Positions 10,538 to 23,127 of a DNA stretch of 64,000 bases are shown here, in pieces. Made by a program: the position numbers and the translations under genes. The stretch covers positions 6,696,001 to 6,760,000 of the forward strand of contig NC_092350.1 of assembly GCF_963676685.1 (NCBI RefSeq), given 5' to 3'. The DNA is from Mytilus edulis (lineage: Eukaryota). Within the stretch, counting starts at the first letter, position 1. The number at the start of each line of letters is the position of its first letter. The notes beneath the pieces were generated by a model that was not told the origin of the DNA, ran no database searches, and worked only from the letters and a program-made list of their open reading frames with translations.

Positions 10538-13500
10538 AAAATCAAAGCTCAAACACATCAAACGAATGAAAATGATTGAATAACTGTCAAATTCTTATGT
10601 TCAAAATAGTGGATAAAACCTAGATGTTAGGAGGTTCTGGCAGGCACAGTAAGGATGCCAGAATCAAGGTAAACAAAACCAATCCAGAAGTTGAAAAAAT
10701 ACAATACACATTTTCAGAACAGAAACTAGGAAATTTCATAAATGATATGGTTCTTATTGTATTTCCAGACTATCACTGGGTGTGTTTTGATAATGAATAT
10801 CAAATAAGTTTTGATATGAATTCCTTCAAAGAATCGGTGACATTATTTTCTTCTTACCAATTTGATGAACACCAGTAGTTTACCTAAGTCCAAATACAAA
10901 TAAGTAAACTTATTGTTTATTCCTTGATAAAGTTGAATTACTTACTTTACATATCAAAATGTTTTACATTCATCATGTACAGGGAAGCATTACTCGTATA
11001 TGAAAAATCAAACCGGGTTTCCATTCCCGAAATTGGAATGAATTCAGCATTCAAAAGTCTCTTTCTTGGTTTGATGATACTTATAAATATTACTGTCGAT
11101 CGAAGTATAAACTGATAAGAGATGCGTCTTCTTATTTCTGCACTTACCTTATCGGTGTTCATTGTCGTAATACTTGTCTACCTTATTTTGGTGACTGCAG
11201 TAGCTGGGACGTGTTGACACTGCTTTCAAACTTGTTAATTGTGTTTCTTTTATTCTTGTTCATGTGAGGAAACATATCTATAAGAGTTGTATTGCAACTA
11301 TCAACTATTTATTGTGTTTAACACTTTTATGTCAATTGCAAAACAAGGGGTATTTGAATATATAGGATGATTAAATCCCGTTTTAGGTTTTTTTGGCTAT
11401 TTTGATAATAATTTTGCAGTTATATAATTATGTCTTTCAATGTACCACTATATTGTTAGTGTAATATATATGGTATTTGAAGTTACAGTGTTTCATATAT
11501 TGTATAAATATTATTGCTTTTTTTTATAAAATTTTAAGGTGCCCCTGTCGTGTTTGCAACTTGGTTTGTATAAACTGAGTAGTCCTGCAAGATAAAAGTG
11601 ATATTTCAATGTTATCGTAGATCCCACAAGTGTATCCGTTATAAATATATGCTTGTTAATGCTACCAAAGAGTGTTTTAAAATCAATTAGGATGGTAAAT
11701 GCTTAAAATGCAGTAGGAAGATTCTTGCCTTGTTGACAAAACTGCTCATATTATGATTAAGTTCATATTAGTCCATGTTTGTATTCTGGTCTGTCATATT
11801 TGCTAATACATTGCCTATTTGTTTTTTTTTGTGTTTCTTTTAAATATAATGACGTGGCTTCTAATATTTTAGAAGAAATACACAACTAATATTCAAGCGC
11901 CAAGAAGGATACGTAAACTCCTTATTTACATTCTAAAGAGGATTTGCTTGAATAAATATAGACTATGTTATTTTCATACTTTGAACGACAACATTATTGT
12001 ATATCTCTACCTGTGTGACATTTACATTCTAACGTCAAACGCTACGTTAGGGTTAGTGTTTATCAACTATTCGGTCCCAGTACTTAAAAGCTTTCAATCG
12101 TTTTTGCATGGATTCAATATACACAAATAAACAAAAATAAAAAACAAAAATAAGAATGCATTGAATGAGATTGTTAAATTTGATATATGCCTTTTTGTTC
12201 TTCGTTTTTGAATATTTGTTTATTTGTTTTTGAGAAAAAGATACTTGTGTTACTTGTACATTCTGTCATTATTGTTTATAAAACTTTCATATTATTGTCT
12301 TTTTGCTAATGTGCTTTGACTATAACCCTTTTGGTGTTACTTTGATAGATTTAGCAAGGTTCTGTACTTATACATTCCGTTATTGTGCTATTGTAAAACT
12401 TGTTTGATGCTTGTCTTTCATTTTTGCTTTGTGATTTGTCTATAAGCCTTTTCATGTTTCTTTGTCGTATATATGACGTGGCTCTGTACGTATACATCCT
12501 GTCATTGTGTTATAGTGTTATGTTTAATTTATGTATTCTTGTTTTACTTTTTGCTTATATGCTTTGTCTATATGCCATTAAGTGTTTCTTTGCTACATAT
12601 TTGTTTGTTTTGTTTTAGTGATTAAGATAATGACACAATGTTGATTGCTGTATTTTGAACATTTTTACCCATTATGCCTGTTTGTTTTGTTCACGCATCG
12701 TTGCCAATATAATGGAATTTGACGCAACTGCCATACAATTAAGAGGTTTAGCTAGCTGTAAAGCAGGTTCAATACACCATTTTCTACATAGGAAAATGCA
12801 TGTACTAAGTCCGGAATATGACAGCTGTAATCAATTCGTTTGATGTGTTTGAGGTCTTGATTTTTCGATCTGATAATAGAAATGTAAAAACAAACCAAAC
12901 AAAAAAAAATTTTGATTTCGATTAATCGACCAACCCAGGCACCCTAGAAGGCGGTTCTGGAAACTTTCCTATCCACTAGGCAAGCTATTAATGTCAACTG
13001 TTCTTTGTCAAGTGGAATAGTGTACCTCAAAACAACGATACAAATTATTACAGATTAAATAATGTACAACTTATGACCACATATGTATGATACATAAACA
13101 AAATGTCACGAACAGGGAGAAAATGATAGAACAGTCCTTTTTGAATTTGATTAGTTATATCTTAGAATTTAAAAACGCACTGCATGTTAAAAAATTGAAT
13201 TTTGCTTACGATATGGCATACTACATAGTAACTGAAGGCAGGACATGTTAATTCCATAAACAATTTTTAGCAACTGCTAGATAAGAAGACGTAGCTATGT
13301 GTCTTGTCTTGTTTACCAGTTCGTACAATGCCCCTTGCATACTTTATATTTGTTATTATATTTAATTTCAAAATATGTAATTTCATTTTTAATTCGCTTT
13401 TGAAGCAACACTGATTTTGTCGTTGAGTTTTTGTGTTTGAATTACTCGATCTGTTTCTTTATATGGTAATTTTGGAATTGAAATTAACTCTAAAACTTAT

Positions 13501-14111
13501 GTTATTTGAACAAATAAAAAAGAAAAATGCTCGATGAAATGATTGCCCTGTAATTACTATTCAAAGTCAAAACGTCTCTGTTTTCCCAATTATCTGAGTT
13601 ATCTCTATCATTATCTTACGCTTGGTGTCTTTTGTCTTTTGATTGAAATTCATCATATCTGAAATGGAATAACGTCAATAAGAAAATTACCCTCTTCACC
13701 AATTTCCTTATAATATGAGATCACTATATTTTGTATTCTTTCCTTTATTGAAAATCGATTCGTATAATTGCTTCAAGTAAACGCTGATGTTCGTATTAAA
13801 GGTAGAGAACAAAGAACCCAATGATTTCGTATACAATGAATCATTGTTCTTTTTTAATTATCTTACAATAGTAAGATAAACGTCACTTTAAAAAAGAAAG
13901 GACTGATAAACTTATTTGTTATACTTACCCGGCAATTAGAAGAAAAAGTCTAATAAGTGTTTGACAAAACACTATTTACATGTTTGTGTCTCACCTACTT
14001 GTCCAACATTTGCAGTTTATGGCGTTACTGTACGGATTGCAAACGCAGACCCATTTAAAAAATTTTGTTGTTATTCGTGCATGTTGATTTCAGTCTCCGG
14101 TTAACCATAGT

Positions 14112-15059
14112 CACTGGAATGAAAGAGATAATCGTAACTGGCATTACGACTATCTCAATAAGGCGACGGCAGATATAGGTAAAATTTTTACAGTAATTGT
14201 TCACAAATGTAGCATGTTTTTGTCAATAGTTACTCATCTGTAAGGTTTTTCTATAACATTACATCATATTTGAATCATAACGGCGCACTGGAATTGTCTA
14301 AGCGCTTTGAAAATTGCCGTTGAAAAAGTCGGGATGATTATCGTAATTCTATGGCATTTTTCTTGTTTGATAATCGTAATCGCTTTATCGGATAACCATA
14401 ACTGAAAAATAATAAATGTGTCTTTCAGCATTTCAATGGTATTTTGTGTGTTAAAATTCAAATGTCCAGTTACACGATAACATTTACATAAAAATAAATG
14501 AAGACACTTCCTTATATATCTCGATTTATCATGTTTATCACTAACAACAATATGCATAACCTTTTTTAAATATATAAAACATGAAGAAATAAATTTAGAA
14601 GGAGTGTATAAAAAATTGACGACATTAGGGACTATATTCGTGGACAACGAAAATGGACGATAACTGTGTACTCGTACCTATTGATGTAAAAAAGTAGATA
14701 TTTTAGTTTGTTTCAAATTTACAATGTTGTGTGCGCGTTTAAGGTTTTTTTGGGGGGAGAGGAGAAAAGGGGGGATTAGCAATATCCCATATTCCAAAAG
14801 TGCAATCCTTTCAATTCATTGCTCAAAATTAAAGTCCCGTATATCACATTTTAATATGCTATATGTTTTGCCTCCAATATCACGTTTATACTAAGATTCA
14901 AATATGATGTAATGGTATAGAAAAACCTTGCAGCTGAGTAACTATTGACAAAAACATGCTACATTTGATAAACATGACTTTAAAGATTTCATCTATATCT
15001 GCCGTCGCCATATTGGGATAGTCGTAATTCCAGTTACGATTATCTCTTTCATACCAGTG
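14112..15059. mobile_element. Non-autonomous TIR DNA transposon, Transib-like (CAC termini, 5-bp TSD)
   Basis: Imperfect TIRs of ~170 bp (CACTGGAATGAAAGAGATAATCGTAACTGG... / ...CCAGTTACGATTATCTCTTTCATACCAGTG). TSD ATAGT at 14107-14111 and 15060-15064. The paralogous empty site (~38150) has a single ATAGT. Confidence 0.85.
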
Positions 15060-15339
15060 ATAGTAGACCTATATCACAACAATTAACCTGAATTATAAAC
15101 TGATTTAAATATATCAAGTAATTCATATCTCTCAGTTGTGTTCAAACTATACGTTTTTACAAACTGTGTCTGCTTTTTACACACTTTTCAGACAGAGAAC
15201 TTATGAAAAGTACTAACAACGAAACAAAATGTTATTTGAGGTAACTTTCACGCATGCATGTAGTTTTTACTATATATTTTTTTTTCTCTCCCATGGTTTC
15301 AATCGTTTGCATATTTCGGTAGATAGGTGAAGCGCGTAT

Positions 15340-18300
15340 AGATTAGATTAGATTTTATTTTATTTAAAGTGCAACCTGATACAATATACATGAAATTACA
15401 ATTACATTTCAATACATTAGCAATAGTATACCATATCAGCCAGCCTTTAGAGGCTTATGAAGCACTAACAATATTCATACAAGATTATAAACATACAAAG
15501 AATATATATTAACTCGATTATTCATTCTGAGATCTGAGGTTGTTTTAAGTTTTTATAAAAATATTTCTCTCTTTTTTAGTGTTTGTTCTTTTACATCATT
15601 GCATAAGTGGTGGTTTTAATATGTTAATTGTGAAATTCTCATTTAAAATAGATCTGTAATATAAATATGTATAATTTGAAAACATTTTAAGCTGGAATTG
15701 CTTCTCTTAAAATCAAGAGCAAAAATAATTTAGATGATGAACTCAATTAAAGTATGCATAATTTTTTTCTGTATGTGTTCAGTAGTAGCTGCTGTTTGCA
15801 CAAATTGTTTCGAATATCAATATCAATATCAAATCAATTTCCGAATATATCATAAATGAAAGGATAAAAAATGGATGTTTTCATATGAAAATGTATGTAA
15901 CATATCAATATGAGTTGCTTCCCTTAGCCACAGAGAAATGTTATTTTGATACATGTATATTGTCTTTTTTTTTATTGTTATGTTGCATTTTTCTGTCATC
16001 ATCTGTGTATAATGTTTAAAATCAAATTAGTGATATAGAAAATAGCCCAGGAAATATCGAAATACAAAAGGTATAGATATCATATGCCAATCAACTTATA
16101 TTATATAAATACAGTAATACTTTTCTTATAAATGCTGTTTACAATATTTCCAAGTAATATGATACTTAATAACGAAAAGATATAAATATAGCAGGGCATT
16201 GCTACTAAGCTCGTATATTATGAATTAATAGATGTCATCATTATGCCTATGTCACTACCTTTAATGTTTGCACAACAAACACATTGTATATTGTGAAAAT
16301 AAATATTATTTGCTATGTTTTTCAAAATTTCTTTTGGTTCTATACACTGTGCACTACACTATTTATATACTCGAGTCCTTATATGCTTCTCTTTTAGGTG
16401 CATGAGCAAGTTATTATTCTTCAAGATATACCTTTCCTGTTCTAAATATAATAATGAAATTTACTTAAGTGAGTTTGTGTCTATGTGTAGGGGAGACAAT
16501 CAACACTAATTATCTCCCCTGTCCCAAGTACTATTGTTTAGACAAAAAGCAAAATAGTAAATTCTAATAATATTAAAAAAATCATACAAGTGATAAAATA
16601 ATGAATTATTTTACGGATAGTAGTATTACATTCTATCTGAGCACACACATACATATGTTTCTGAAGCTATCCTTCTAACTATGCTAGTTGAGTTTTCTAT
16701 TTAGTTACAAGCTCAAAACATGTATATTTTAAAAAAAGCAAAATGATGGTTTTCAAGTATTATCTCATCTAGTAAACATTTCAACTTGGAAAAGAATTTT
16801 TATCTTATTAATGTAATATGAATTTATGTCTGTTAAAAATTATTGTTTCTTTTCGAAAAAATATATATCATCATGATCATGTAAAGTTGTAAAGGGTTTT
16901 ATTCTTCAAAAAATAAAATTAATATAGAAAATATAGTATAGTGATAAAGAATATTTTATAAAAAATAGAGATATAATATGTGAAGTACATATATTTATAA
17001 TTGAAATAAAGGTTCATACCAACAGTCTATTGATAGTAAAAACATAACTGTAGCAGTAGGTAAGTTAATATTGTTAATATTTTGCTGATCTAACATCCAA
17101 GGAAAGTGTTAGGTAGTTTGCAACTGCACATATTGATTCTGGTTATGTCAAGAGGGTTTTAAATTGTTCTTCGTCACTTAGTTCTTGTAAGTCAATGGTA
17201 AGTTTCTGATTGGCAATGTTAAACATAGTTTGTCATATTCTGCATATCATTTTCTGTTTCTGAAAGTATAATAATATCATCAGCATACATGAGCACACTT
17301 AATTTTGAGTTATCACACATTTGTATTCCCAAGTTTAAATTATTAATGTCAAGTGCCAAGTCATTGATAAAGATAGCAAACAATACGGGTGCTAAGTTGT
17401 CCCCTTGCCTTACTCCTCTTTCCACTGCAAACCAATCAGTAGCCATATTTTCAACTTTTACACAACTGTGAAGGTTTTTATACATTGTTTTTATGACTTT
17501 GTATATTTTTCCAGTTATACCATTGCTCAAGATCTTTGTAAAAAGTAGCTCATGGTTCACAGAGTCAAATGCCTTAGCAAAATCTATGAAACATAGAAAT
17601 GTTGACAACTTTTCATGTTTTCTTCTTCGTAAGATTGATTATAAAGTATATATATGATCTATGCATGATCTTAGCTTTCGGAAGCCGTTTTGTTCCTCAC
17701 AGAGTAACTCGTTTGAGTCTAGATATTCTGTTATCCTTTTACTAAGAATAGAGTTAAAGAGTTTTGCTACTGTTGACATTAAACTATTTGACCTATGATT
17801 AAGGGGCACTCTATTGTCTTTTCCTTTTTAAGTATAGGATGGATAATACTGTAATCCCATTTAGTTGGCAAAATGTTTCGATCAAAGCACAACTTTTAGG
17901 TGCATGAGCAAGTTATTATTCTTCAAGATATACCTTTCCTGTTCTAAATATAATAATGAAATTTACTTAAGTGAGTTTGTGTCTATGTGTAGGGGAGACA
18001 ATCAACACTAATTATCTCCCCTGTCCCAAGTGCTATTGTTTAGACAAAAAGCAAAATAGTAAATTCTAATAATATTAAAAAAATCATACAAGTGATAAAA
18101 TAATGAATTATTTTACGGATAGTAGTATTACATTCTATCTGAGCACACACATACAAATGTTTCTGAAGCTATCCTTCTAACTATGCTAGTTGAGTTTTCT
18201 ATTTAGTTACAAGCTCAAAACATGTATATTTTAAAAAAAGCAAAATGATGGTTTTCAAGTATTATCTCATCTAGTAAACATTTCAACTTGGAAAAGAATT

Positions 18301-20400
18301 TTTATCTTATTAATGTAATATGAATTTATGTCTGTTAAAAATTATTGTTTCTTTTCGAAAAAATATATATCATCATGATCATGTAAAGTTGTAAAGGGTT
18401 TTATTCTTCAAAAAATAAAATTAATATAGAAAATATAGTATAGTGATAAAGAATATTTTATAAAAAATAGAGATATAATATGTGAAGTACATATATTTAT
18501 AATTGAAATAAAGGTTCATACCAACAGTCTATTGATAATAAAAACATAACTGTAGCAGTAGGTAAGTTAATATTGTTAATATTTTGCTGATCTAACATCC
18601 AAGGAAAGTGTTAGGTAGTTTGCAACTGCACATATTGATTCTGGTTATGTCAAGAGGGTTTTAAATTGTTCTTCGTCACTTAGTTCTTGTAAGTCAATGG
18701 TAAGTTTCTGATTGGCAATGTTAAACATAGTTTGTCTTTCTTGGTCATACGCTGGACATTTAATTACAAAATGAATCTCATCTTCTATTGCTTGTTTGGT
18801 ACAAAGTTTGCAAATCCTTCTTTCTACTTGTAGTTGCCTATATCTTCCTTTCTCAATTTCTATAGGAAAAGTTCCACTTCTCAGTTTTGAAAGCACAGCA
18901 CGTTTTTTTGTTGATAATGTTTTCAGAAGTGTTGGTTTTTGGCAATAATCAGATTTTATTTTTACATATGTTCTTAATTTAGGCATTCCTGCACATTCCA
19001 CTTTCCAGTTTTCTGCTGCTATAGTTGTTAATCTATGTTTAACTAGACCAAGAAAGTTTTTGTTACTCATACCGAGTAAACTACTCATGTTGTAGTGGTT
19101 TAGAAGATCACATTTACCCAATATTGTTTTAATTTCTAAAGCCCAACTATTTCTCATGTTCTTTTCTTTTTCACTTAGATAGGCAATCTTTGGTAGTCTA
19201 TTGCTTGACATGTTAATTATTCTTGCCCATAGTCTGATCATGTTCAAATGGTGTCTGAGTTGAACTTCCATCCAGCATGTTTCTCCTGTTAAATATGGAA
19301 TGGGTGCTCTTTTACCAACGCCTAGAAATGTCCTTGCAGCTCTAGATTGCAGTTTATCAGCAAAGTCATATTTTTTGAACCCCCAAATTTCTGAGGCATA
19401 ATCTGCCACCGGGACAACTGTATTATAATATAGTTTTTCGTAAACTGGAAAACTTAGTCCTTTTATACTGAAATGTTTTGAAATCATAGCACCAAGAGCT
19501 CTACCGCCAGCTTCATGTAGTAGCTTAACTCCTTAAGTAAATTCAACTGTTTCACATATTTCAAATCCAAGATACCTGTAGGACTTACACAAATCAATTG
19601 TTTGATGGCCTATATTGAACGTTTTGTCTGTTGGTTTCATACTTGCTTTGCGACAGTGTATTATTTTTGTTTTGTCTATGTTCATTTTCAACTGCCACTT
19701 TTCAGACCAGCTGTGTAAGGTATCAAGCATATTCTGCATATCATTTTCTGTTTCTGAAAGTATAATAATATCATCAGCATACATGAGCACACTTAATTTT
19801 GAGTTATCACACATTTGTATTCCCAAGTTTAAATTATTAATGTCAAGTGCCAAGTCATTGATAAAGATAGCAAACAATACGGGTGCTAAGTTGTCCCCTT
19901 GCCTTACTCCTCTTTCCACTGCAAACCAATCAGTAGCCATATTTTCAACTTTTACACAACTGTGAAGGTTTTTATACATTGTTTTTATGACTTTGTATAT
20001 TTTTCCAGTTATACCATTGCTCAAGATCTTTGTAAAAAGTAGCTCATGGTTCACAGAGTCAAATGCCTTAGCAAAATCTATGAAACATAGAAATGTTGAC
20101 AACTTTTCATGTTTTCTTCTTCGTAAGATTGATTATAAAGTATATATATGATCTATGCATGATCTTAGCTTTCGGAAGCCGTTTTGTTCCTCACAGAGTA
20201 ACTCGTTTGAGTCTAGATATTCTGTTATCCTTTTACTAAGAATAGAGTTAAAGAGTTTTGCTACTGTTGACATTAAACTATTTGACCTATGATTAAGGGG
20301 CACTCTATTGTCTTTTCCTTTTTAAGTATAGGATGGATAATACTGTAATCCCATTTAGTTGGCAAAATGTTTCGATCAAAGCACAACTGGAATAGTTTCA
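15340..20400 (-). mobile_element. 5'-truncated non-LTR retrotransposon (LINE; RTE-X/CR1-Zenon-like) with long 3'UTR and internal tandem duplication
   Basis: RT motifs EEQNGFR, FIDFAKAFDSV, GVRQGDNLAP, YADD, YRYLG. C-terminal LRSGTFPIEIEKGRY...CKLC...EDEIHFVIKCPAY. Premature TAA stops at 19533 and 18645. AATAAA plus an (AATCT)n tail at ~15340-15365. Confidence 0.92.
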
Positions 20401-21402
20401 ATAATAATTTATATATATGGCGGTGCGCAAGTATAAAAAAAAAACTGTTACAGTGAGAACGACTGAATTCGAATACAGCGAAGTTTCACAAGCATCATTA
20501 CTTATTGTTTAATTGTTGGTTTTTTTTATATGTTTTTGCGGCCATGAATCTTTACATATTAATCGTTTATAATCTGTACATATGCCGATTGTGTCATATC
20601 AGTTTTATTGACATATTGACTAAAGTATATTTGCATGGTTAGTAATGAATTTTGGCAGCAATTACTTAAAATGTCGACGTACTTGTTAATGTTTTGTGCA
20701 TGCAATTCACAAAGGATTGTTTCTCGTAAGATTCTGAATTAAAAAGGGATAGCATGTTTTCATGCATTGTTAAAAATGTACATGTGTTTGGAAACATTTC
20801 AACGAAAATACTGATTATTGATGTTCTTGATGATATGGCTAGTCCGAAATAATTATCAATTTTGAATACAGTCATATATACCTCAAACTCTCTTTTGGTA
20901 GAATAGATACAACACTACTTACTTTATACAATTTGAAAGTTTTTTGAGAAAAAAAGGCTAATAATCTGCGTTCCGCAAATTTTGTAATGCATTTTATGTT
21001 TTTGGTCACCGTACTTGTTTTTATTTTGCTACATAATATCTGCATTGGCTGTATATTCCTGTATGAATAAGACTATGTATTTGCATAATCACCCTTATAT
21101 CGCTAAGTTAAAACAATGAAATAAACAAGTGTTTATTTCAAACACAGTCGTCGTAATTATGTAAATTGCATAGTTTTCATCATTTAGATAAAAAAATCTT
21201 ACAAATAAATTGCATTGCTGTCTCAAGTTTTGTATTTATCATGAATATTTAAATCGATGATTTACTGCTATTTTTAAATCTCAGACTGCGAAGTACCCTG
21301 ATTGTCCTTAATCCATAACTATCAAATGGATGAACAGAAAATGTTATTAGACTTCATAGTTATGCGAAATGAAAATAGTGACCAATTCAAAGACTGATGT
21401 GA

Positions 21403-22063
21403 TTTTGAGCCATACTTATTAAAATTACGATATATTCAAAGAAGTGTATTAACAAGATTAAAAATCGGAGCTCACAAACTTGAAATAGAAAAAGGTCGTT
21501 ACTTTAATATTAAACTATAAACTATTAACATGTAAAACTTTGGATAATGTAAGATATCCCTTTCTTAGCAAAATATATAGTAAAAATAAAAATATTTCAA
21601 AATGTGATGACAAATCTTTTTTTATTTGGTTAACGGGAAATGAAGATAAAATATTTTGATAATAATTTGTCAATAATTAAATGTTTTAAATATAAACAGG
21701 AATACAATATTAAATTAGATTTCCCTAAATAAAGATATAGAATGTATGATCAAATATGCATTTACATAGTTATTTCTTTTACATTTGATAAATTATTAGT
21801 ATACTATGAGATGTGCTGTCCAATAATGGGACCAGAGTAACAGACAATGGGTCATATTGTATTATATATTTTTATTATTACAAGTTGCTTACTTCATTTG
21901 CTTTGATATTTTATATTAATCAATTAAATCAAAATTAATCATATTATTTACTTGGTTTAACCTATTTTTAATTTACTTTACATTATGTTTGGAAATTATA
22001 TTGTATTTATTCTGCTCATTTTGGGCGCCACGATTGGCAAATCAAACATTTGTTTGTTTGTTT
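21403..22063 (+). mobile_element. LINE 3' fragment (same broad class, different family)
   Basis: Encodes LTRLKIGAHKLEIEKGRY and ends in (TTTG)n. It interrupts the GTGATATACAACC site that is intact in the paralog at ~5381. Confidence 0.8.
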
Positions 22064-22328
22064 ATGATATACAACCAGCTGTCAAATAGGGTAGAAGTCT
22101 GGCATTAATATGCCAGCTTTAGCTGGCACTTATGGTAGAAGCTTCGTTTTTGAATAAAGAACGATAACTCTCTCTACACGACCCATCTGAAAAGTTTCGT
22201 CACTCTCGTTAAATCTCGTACGATTATTTTTTTAATGGCGGCCGAATTTAACGTTTCAACGCGAACTTGAAAAAACTGGACAGATCGGAATAATTTCGAT
22301 GTTAAATACGACATGAATTTTATGTTTA

Positions 22329-23127
22329 CTGAGCCAAAAAAGTTTAGCAACAAAAATATGAAATTTTATTTTATTACAAAATCATAACAACATATAATTT
22401 TAATAATAAAAAACTGGAATTATTACATGTCAGAAGCAACATGGGTGTTTATCACTCACATTCATTAGGATTTTCTTTGTATGGAGAGCGGGAGGGTCAA
22501 AATGCGGAAATGAATATACTGTTATTCAAAATCAATTTCTCAGCCATGCCCTTAGTGCACCAATGAAGGATTGACAGGCACACCAGCAGCTGCCCTTAGT
22601 CAATACACTACTTTTGTGGCCGGAAAAACTTGTCACGTGTTGATGAAAAGCGAAGGTAGCGCTCCTCCTTTGGCGATAGTTTTTTTGGTCTACGGGATAT
22701 CGACCTATCCTGTGCAGTTGCAATTTGTCTATATCTGTTTGTTAGTCTCTAAACTGTTGCCGTATGCAACACTCATTCCGACATCAACCATTCCAAGACC
22801 TTTCTGACGGTCATTTTCGGGGAGCCCTGGTTGACGCACCATGCAATTTTTTAAAAGGTGTATGTGTTTTTCCTATCAATGGCATGTTTCTGAACGTCAT
22901 TGAAAAAGAAATTTTTACTATCGTTTTAAAAGTACAGGTACAGAAGGTAAAACTTCAATTACACGTGCAAAGCTGAAATGGCGCGAAATCAATCACCAGG
23001 AAAAAAGTACGTCTGTTTTAAATTACAGGTAAAACTAAGGATTATATCAATGATGTTTGAATATTTTTTTTCCAGAAACAAACAAAAAAAATTAAAATAA
23101 AAGTGTTGCTAAACTTTTTTGGCTCAG
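22329..23127 (-). mobile_element. Internally deleted Tc1/mariner element
   Basis: 24-bp TIR CTGAGCCAAAAAAGTTTAGCAACA with TA on both flanks. Minus-strand remnant ENDRQKGLGMVDVGMS...RLTNRYRQIATAQDRSISRRPKKLSPKEERYLR resembles the Tc1 HTH/GRPR region. Confidence 0.85.
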
